This document shows, piece by piece, positions 43,768 to 48,581 of a stretch of 48,581 bases of DNA (its first letter is position 1; every line of letters starts with the position of its first letter). The notes beneath the pieces were generated by a model. The model did not search any database. It saw only the letters and a program-made list of their open reading frames with translations, and had not been told where the DNA came from. Source of the stretch: a virus (Duplodnaviria > Caudoviricetes); the IMG/VR virus record IMGVR_UViG_3300017589_000093, positions 1 through 48,581 of that record; one strand, given 5' to 3'. The position numbers were made by a program, and so were the translations under genes.

Positions 43768-44022
43768 TTAATCGTTTAAAAAAGTAAGTAGGTCTATAAT
43801 TGCCTGTGGTACTTCATCAATAGATATCTCTTCCATGGAATTCGGGATGAATGCATTATTGTTGTGTATCTCTATTAGGATTTCATGCACCCCTGAAGGG
43901 GTACCGTAAAAATCCCACTGACTGTCATAAACCACCATTACACATTTTTTTTCTGAAGCAGTGAAATAATAATCAGATGCCGTCTTAGAAATTTTGCGTC
44001 TGTGAATCTTTATTCTTTTCAT
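43768..44022 (-). CDS. Hypothetical protein
   Basis: 84 aa in the early operon. Confidence 0.6.
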   Translation of the reverse strand: MKRIKIHRRKISKTASDYYFTASEKKCVMVVYDSQWDFYGTPSGVHEILIEIHNNNAFIPNSMEEISIDEVPQAIIDLLTFLND

Positions 44023-44025
44023 GCC

Positions 44026-44514
44026 TCAATTATTTTTGAATAATTTAAGATACTCACTTCCTGTAATCTCTATACAGTCGGACGGCATTTTGCAATCCCA
44101 TGTAGCGCCTACAATGAACCCGTAATGATTTTCGCTGATATTAAATCCAATATTACTATTCTTCCACACGCCTGAATCATACCCAACGATGTTGTTTAAT
44201 TCGTCTATATCTACAACTGGCAGCTGGTTGATCTCTTCAATCATGGCAAGCCCTTCCTTCGTTGTTCTTTTCGGGAAATACTCATTTGAGTATTTTTTGT
44301 GTTTCTTAAAATGAGTGAGATCTGTCTGATCGTAAGGTTTGTAAAATGAGCTTATTCCTCCATTATAGGTGGTACGACCAGGACGGCACGATTCGAATCC
44401 ATATTTACGGGCCAACATGATACTTGCTTTCTTTGCGGCTTCACCACGCGTATACACATCCAAAAACTTAAGGCCTGTGTCACTTTTTTTATCTGTATAA
44501 AAATATAAATTCAT
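44026..44514 (-). CDS. Hypothetical protein
   Basis: 162 aa; ends P.DCIEIT.SEY. Confidence 0.7.
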   Translation of the reverse strand: MNLYFYTDKKSDTGLKFLDVYTRGEAAKKASIMLARKYGFESCRPGRTTYNGGISSFYKPYDQTDLTHFKKHKKYSNEYFPKRTTKEGLAMIEEINQLPVVDIDELNNIVGYDSGVWKNSNIGFNISENHYGFIVGATWDCKMPSDCIEITGSEYLKLFKNN

Positions 44515-44518
44515 AACA

Positions 44519-44734
44519 TTAATATTTAGTTATATCTATTTTATCACTTCTCATTTCATATCCCCAGAACCCTATTTTCCATCTTAATTTCAGGCAGGCA
44601 ATAACGCCCATGTTTTTAGGTTCCCATTTTCGAAATGCTTCCCAGTCTCCCACTTCCGGATCGGGTGGCCATACCCATAAATCCAGCCCCATTATAAACC
44701 ATTCAAGGTTTTTTGTTGCAGATATTTTTTTCAT
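44519..44734 (-). CDS. Hypothetical Trp-rich protein
   Basis: 71 aa, tightly packed. Confidence 0.6.
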   Translation of the reverse strand: MKKISATKNLEWFIMGLDLWVWPPDPEVGDWEAFRKWEPKNMGVIACLKLRWKIGFWGYEMRSDKIDITKY

Positions 44735-44736
44735 GA

Positions 44737-45075
44737 CTATGCTTCTTTAGATTGAATTAATTCGGATTCAAGTTCTTCCAGAATAGCAGCTTTTAACGCA
44801 GGAAGGATTTTTTTTGCAAACATTTCAGCAGAATCCTGAGCGTTTTTACCATAGGCTATAAATCCTATGCCTTGCACCATTTTATTGGTAAAATACTGTT
44901 CGTCTAATGTGACAATGAACTTTCTAAAGTCTTCCACCCCTGTAGATCTCCACGCGAAACAGAAGTTTCCGTAGTCTGTTATTGACATAAATGCGCCGTC
45001 TGTAGTAAGAACCACTTGTCCTAACCAGGAGCCGGATTCTTTTCTTAAGTGGTAATTTCTTGCTTTAATTTCCAT
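44737..45075 (-). CDS. Hypothetical phage protein
   Basis: 112 aa; TDYGNF.F.W...DFRKF pattern. Confidence 0.7.
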   Translation of the reverse strand: MEIKARNYHLRKESGSWLGQVVLTTDGAFMSITDYGNFCFAWRSTGVEDFRKFIVTLDEQYFTNKMVQGIGFIAYGKNAQDSAEMFAKKILPALKAAILEELESELIQSKEA

Positions 45076-45085
45076 ACTTATATTA

Positions 45086-45511
45086 TTAGTCTGTTAACTG
45101 TTTGTCGATGTATTGTCTGTATTCAAGTTCTGTTTTAGCCAGGTTAACGAGGGTATTCACGCCCTGGAATACTTGCTTTGCCTGGTTGACTGCTGCCGGA
45201 TCGTTCTTTACTTTTTGAATCTGATCCAGAACTATATCCCGAAGGTCTTTTATCACGGTTGGGTTTACTGTCGAAACGGCATTGAGTCGGTTATTGGCCA
45301 GTACGACTACAGTGTTTGAAATTGACCGGAAACGAGCCAGCTTAATATCCAGGTCGAACAAATTGTACTCAAGTGTTTTGCCGTTATTTAGGTAAATCTC
45401 AACATCGGCACCGTCTTCGCCAACTCCATCGCAAAATCCGATTATAACGATCTCTTCATTCTTGTAGAGGAATGGTTTATTAACCATTTCTTTTAACTTC
45501 TCTAATCCCAT
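45086..45511 (-). CDS. Hypothetical protein, partner of the HNH gene
   Basis: 141 aa; C-terminal QAK.V......VN.AK.E helix. Confidence 0.7.
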   Translation of the reverse strand: MGLEKLKEMVNKPFLYKNEEIVIIGFCDGVGEDGADVEIYLNNGKTLEYNLFDLDIKLARFRSISNTVVVLANNRLNAVSTVNPTVIKDLRDIVLDQIQKVKNDPAAVNQAKQVFQGVNTLVNLAKTELEYRQYIDKQLTD

Positions 45512-45513
45512 AG

Positions 45514-46194
45514 CTATTCTTTTTCGGCATTATTGATCGCCCTGGTTAAACGTCCTTTCAAATAGATCACTTCGCGGATATCTTCCGGAAGATTATGTAA
45601 GCTGTTACGGGTTGCCAGTTCTGCATTGGAGATGCATTCCAGATTCTCGATTGCGCAGTTCATTGTGTCGCCGTCTTTAAATACGACGTTGTATCCTTTA
45701 GGTATTGGGCCGTTAATCTTCTCCCAGACGTTCCGGTGAAGAAACTCCCAGTTGCTTTTAGATATCCGGATGAATTTGTATGGTATCACCTTTCCGGAAT
45801 CGGCAGGGCGTATACGGCGCACGGAGATGTGCCCATCAGGTTTCTCGTTATTTGGCCTTGTCTCTTTTGTCCAACGAGTTTTTGCAGAGTTTTTTAGTCC
45901 CTCGTCCGACAAAAAATCGGATAGTTTTCTCCCTTTCGTTGCAGGGGTAAAGCCTTTTTTAAATTCCGTAGCCTGTCCTATGCGTTGGCCTTTACGGATT
46001 CTACCGCTATTTTCTGATTCCATGAAAGATTGACTTTTTGAAACCCCGTATCGGCTAGCTGTTTTATAAATCGTAAGTTTTGACTTTCCATACTTCCTGG
46101 CAATTTCCAAAGTAGGAGTGTCTGGGTACATTCTAAGAATCTCCTGCACTTCTTCCGATGTAAGGATATTGGCCCGATTTATTGTTGTTTTCAT
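45514..46194 (-). CDS. HNH-family endonuclease-like protein with N-terminal HTH
   Basis: FKKG..P..KG segment; LHRNVWEKINGPIPKG..V.FKDGDTMNC.IENL motif. Confidence 0.8.
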   Translation of the reverse strand: MKTTINRANILTSEEVQEILRMYPDTPTLEIARKYGKSKLTIYKTASRYGVSKSQSFMESENSGRIRKGQRIGQATEFKKGFTPATKGRKLSDFLSDEGLKNSAKTRWTKETRPNNEKPDGHISVRRIRPADSGKVIPYKFIRISKSNWEFLHRNVWEKINGPIPKGYNVVFKDGDTMNCAIENLECISNAELATRNSLHNLPEDIREVIYLKGRLTRAINNAEKE

Positions 46195-46565
46195 AACTCT
46201 TTTTTTTCTGCCCAGATGTCGTGCATCTTTGATAGCTGGTTAGACATATAGCTGTTAATAAGTGTGTGGCAGGCATTGGATATGTCCGCAAATTGTTCGG
46301 CAAATTCCGGAGAACAGGTTTTATCAACGTCGTAAACAAATTTATTTGCGTTTGCCTTAATAGCATTAATACGCCGCTTGTCTTCGTGCACGAAACGCTC
46401 TACCGGCTTTAGTAGCTCTTCTATTTCCATCGCTGCAGTCTCGGCAATGTCGGCCGCGATAAAGAGCTTCCAGATACTGAGGGCATATTTCTTAGGGTCT
46501 ATGCCCTGCAGTTTCCTCTTATGTCCGTGTGCTACCGCGGCAGCCAGGTAATTCTTTTCAACCAT
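46191..46565 (-). CDS. Hypothetical protein
   Basis: 124 aa, helical, ATGA overlap. Confidence 0.7.
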   Translation of the reverse strand: MVEKNYLAAAVAHGHKRKLQGIDPKKYALSIWKLFIAADIAETAAMEIEELLKPVERFVHEDKRRINAIKANANKFVYDVDKTCSPEFAEQFADISNACHTLINSYMSNQLSKMHDIWAEKKEL

Positions 46566-46570
46566 TTCTT

Positions 46571-46930
46571 TTAATCTCTTTTTATTCTAATTTCAGTTCT
46601 CGTACTTCTTCCGGATCTTATCCTATATCTGCAGAAATCTGCTGTTAGTGATATCTCCGAAAAGAATAATATTAGGAGTAAGGACGAAGCCACAACACGT
46701 CGTTTAACAGGGCTTAAATCCATCGATATGTGAAAGTTAGTGCAGAACCACCAGGCGGACAACTCGTTTAATTTACCACATCCTATCTTCCTATAGATCT
46801 TCTGTAGGGTGTTGTCTACTGTTTTTACGCTTATCGAGAGATCATTTGCTACCTCTTTAATCGCGGATCCCCAGGCGATCCGTTCTGCAACCTGACTTTC
46901 TCTTTGCGAAAGTCTCACGTTGACGTTCAT
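46571..46930 (-). CDS. LuxR-type HTH regulator with hydrophobic C-terminal segment
   Basis: LSQRESQV...G...KEVA..LSISVKTV......IYRKIG motif. Confidence 0.85.
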   Translation of the reverse strand: MNVNVRLSQRESQVAERIAWGSAIKEVANDLSISVKTVDNTLQKIYRKIGCGKLNELSAWWFCTNFHISMDLSPVKRRVVASSLLLILFFSEISLTADFCRYRIRSGRSTRTEIRIKRD

Positions 46931-47172
46931 TACCCTTCGGTGATATCCCAGATATCATCTGGATTGTCGATTCCAAAATCGGCAAACACGCCTTCGATGG
47001 CTTGCTTAACATTAACAGGGATATTAGTAATCCCCTTACGCTTCTGATAATATTGTTGAGTTGTGGAACAACCCATACATTCCATTAACGTCTTCTGAAG
47101 TTCCATATAAGATTCCTTCGAAACCTTATGACACCCTTTTTTGAAAGAGTAAGTTACTTTCTTGATTACCAT
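46930..47172 (-). CDS. Putative Cro-like DNA-binding protein
   Basis: ORF 46930..47202; likely start MVIKK at 47172; YSFKKG...IEGVFADFGI..IW pattern; near the start of the leftward early operon. Confidence 0.55.
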   Translation of the reverse strand: MVIKKVTYSFKKGCHKVSKESYMELQKTLMECMGCSTTQQYYQKRKGITNIPVNVKQAIEGVFADFGIDNPDDIWDITEG

Positions 47173-47471
47173 TTTACCATAAATGTTTTTGATACGTGAC
47201 AATATTTGGGTGCGAAATCCTGATATCTCTGCTCGGTTACATCATAGCCCAGTTCTTTTATCTTTGATAAATCAGATTCTGTAACTCCGCCAATTAATGC
47301 GACCGTCTTCCCGTTATTTGCAGATTTAACAATCTCACTCATAGCGTTTGTAAATCCGCTATATCTTTCGGATTCTTTCTTTGCTCTATCTGCAGTAACA
47401 GACGCAAGCTCTTCGCCACTCATGTGGAGCCAATTCCCAATTGAGCCATTTCCATTCTTTAATTCTTCCAT
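47166..47471 (-). CDS. Hypothetical protein, first early gene
   Basis: 101 aa, divergent from the repressor. Confidence 0.65.
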   Translation of the reverse strand: MEELKNGNGSIGNWLHMSGEELASVTADRAKKESERYSGFTNAMSEIVKSANNGKTVALIGGVTESDLSKIKELGYDVTEQRYQDFAPKYCHVSKTFMVKW

Positions 47472-47582
47472 TTTTTCTTTAAATTTTAATTGTTAATAAT
47501 TGCTTTAGGGTATTTTCCCTATTGCTGTTTGTTTTGCTTTTAATTACTTTTGAAAACAGATTTGTTTCTTACGGGTGCAAAT

Positions 47583-47633
47583 ATGCGTAATACTTTACCA
47601 ATATAAAAATAAAAAAGGTAAAATATCACGCAT
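47583..47633. promoter_or_regulatory. Putative operator pair in the divergent switch region
   Basis: ATGCGTAATACTTTACC (47583-47599) and inverted GGTAAAATATCACGCAT (47617-47633), 15/17 match. Confidence 0.65.
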
Positions 47634-47645
47634 TTATAAAAAATT

Positions 47646-48023
47646 ATGGAAAGTAGTATAAAAGCCAGATTACACGAGTTTATAAAAGAGATAGGCTCTA
47701 ATCCAAGAAGATTCTCTATATCACTGGGGAAGTCAGACAGTTATGTCCGTACAATGGCTAAAAATATAGGGTCTGATACAATTGGAGAGATATTACGCAT
47801 TTATCCGGAGCTAAATGTCAACTGGTTGATATCTGGAGAAGGCGAAATGTATATGCCAACCGACTCCGCTCATGATGCTTTTTTGAAAAAAAGGCTGGCT
47901 GAACTTATTTCGGACAATAAAAAATTACAAGGGAAAAACGAGGAACTGATCAGACAAGTCGGATATCTACAAGGGCAGGTTGACTTACTTACAGGGAATC
48001 ACAACCAGGCAACCGGTGCATAA
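47646..48023 (+). CDS. CI-like repressor (XRE HTH plus coiled coil)
   Basis: IKARL..FI...FSISLGKS...YPELNVNWLISGEGEM signature; divergent from the early operon. Confidence 0.85.
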   Translation: MESSIKARLHEFIKEIGSNPRRFSISLGKSDSYVRTMAKNIGSDTIGEILRIYPELNVNWLISGEGEMYMPTDSAHDAFLKKRLAELISDNKKLQGKNEELIRQVGYLQGQVDLLTGNHNQATGA

Positions 48024-48098
48024 TGAGGGTGATTAAAGGGGGGAGGAACAAAGAGATGCCGGAAACAGAAATTTATTAACACTTAATATAGTACAATT

Positions 48099-48365
48099 AT
48101 GCAAAATTCAGAGGTAGACAGTTTCAAAATTGCGAATAGTTCATTTATTCATGAAGATGGGAAGATAATTTTTTCAGATGGCAACACCCATCAAAGTGAA
48201 GCAATCATAAATATTGATAATATAACAATGATAGCAAAGAAAGGAGAAGACGAAAGCATTATTCATTTCGTGTCAGGAGATTCTATCATAATAGATAAAC
48301 CGTTCAGCCAAACAGTTGAATTTATAGGGCAACATTCCAATTTTCTTGGATCTATTAAGATGTAG
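48099..48365 (+). CDS. Hypothetical protein co-oriented with the repressor
   Basis: 88 aa; INIDNI..I......IHFVSG pattern. Confidence 0.65.
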   Translation: MQNSEVDSFKIANSSFIHEDGKIIFSDGNTHQSEAIINIDNITMIAKKGEDESIIHFVSGDSIIIDKPFSQTVEFIGQHSNFLGSIKM

Positions 48366-48388
48366 TAATAATGTAGTAAAAACGATTT
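48360..48388 (+). repeat. Putative integrase arm-type binding sites, right copy
   Basis: ATGTAGTAATAATGTAGTAAAAACGATTT, 27/29 to 297-325. Confidence 0.7.
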
Positions 48389-48419
48389 ATAACTGTCTGT
48401 CATTCAGGAGCGAAAGCAT

Positions 48420-48435
48420 TCCGCCAGGAACCTCT
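48420..48435 (+). repeat. Right attachment core (displaced tRNA 3' end)
   Basis: TCCGCCAGGAACCTCT identical to 161-176. Confidence 0.95.
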
Positions 48436-48465
48436 AAAGCTTCATTCTTAGGAATGAGGCTTTTT
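48436..48465 (+). terminator. Original host tRNA terminator
   Basis: AAAGCTTCATTC-TTAG-GAATGAGGCTTTTT directly after the att core. Confidence 0.7.
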
Positions 48466-48581
48466 CTATTTTAATGGTATTCAAGTAGTTAGCTTTTCTT
48501 TTATGGTGTCTTACATGAAAAAAGTGTAGACCGGCGCCCCAAAAACAGGGTAATGTAGCCCGATTATAGACCGGAAAAAAT

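Larger units (their letters stand above)
161..48435. mobile_element. Complete-looking temperate prophage (~48.26 kb) integrated at tRNA-Cys
   Basis: Direct repeat of the tRNA 3' end at both ends, integrase next to the left end, full set of head, tail, lysis, replication and repressor genes, no obviously broken core gene. Confidence 0.95.

Noticed and set aside
327-48365. Stop-codon reassignment as seen in some Bacteroidota phages
   Set aside because: Genes are full length and tightly packed under the standard code; TAA, TAG and TGA all end genes

Overview
The window is an apparently complete ~48.26 kb temperate, probably siphovirus-like prophage of a Bacteroidota (likely Bacteroidales) host. 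It is integrated in the 3' end of a tRNA-Cys(GCA) gene, with the 16-bp core TCCGCCAGGAACCTCT at 161-176 and 48420-48435. From left to right: tyrosine integrase; a diversity-generating retroelement (RT, template repeat 3357-3463, variable repeat 3538-3644 in a 387-aa target gene, all 14 TR/VR differences at TR adenines); tail fibre and tail genes; portal; lysis cassette; terminase; capsid module; an iteron-rich putative origin; an accessory/regulatory block (antirepressor, HU-like, Tad2-like); a 1335-aa primase-helicase; small early ORFs; and a divergent repressor switch. Non-coding signals read directly from the sequence include a thrice-repeated late-promoter-like motif (GTCCTTT-N20-TAnnTTTG), a remote inverted copy of the origin repeats beside the integrase, a c4/CI-like antisense leader, and a ~65-nt candidate sRNA complementary to the 5' end of a convergent four-gene operon. 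Protein family calls come from motif recognition by eye; no database searches were run.
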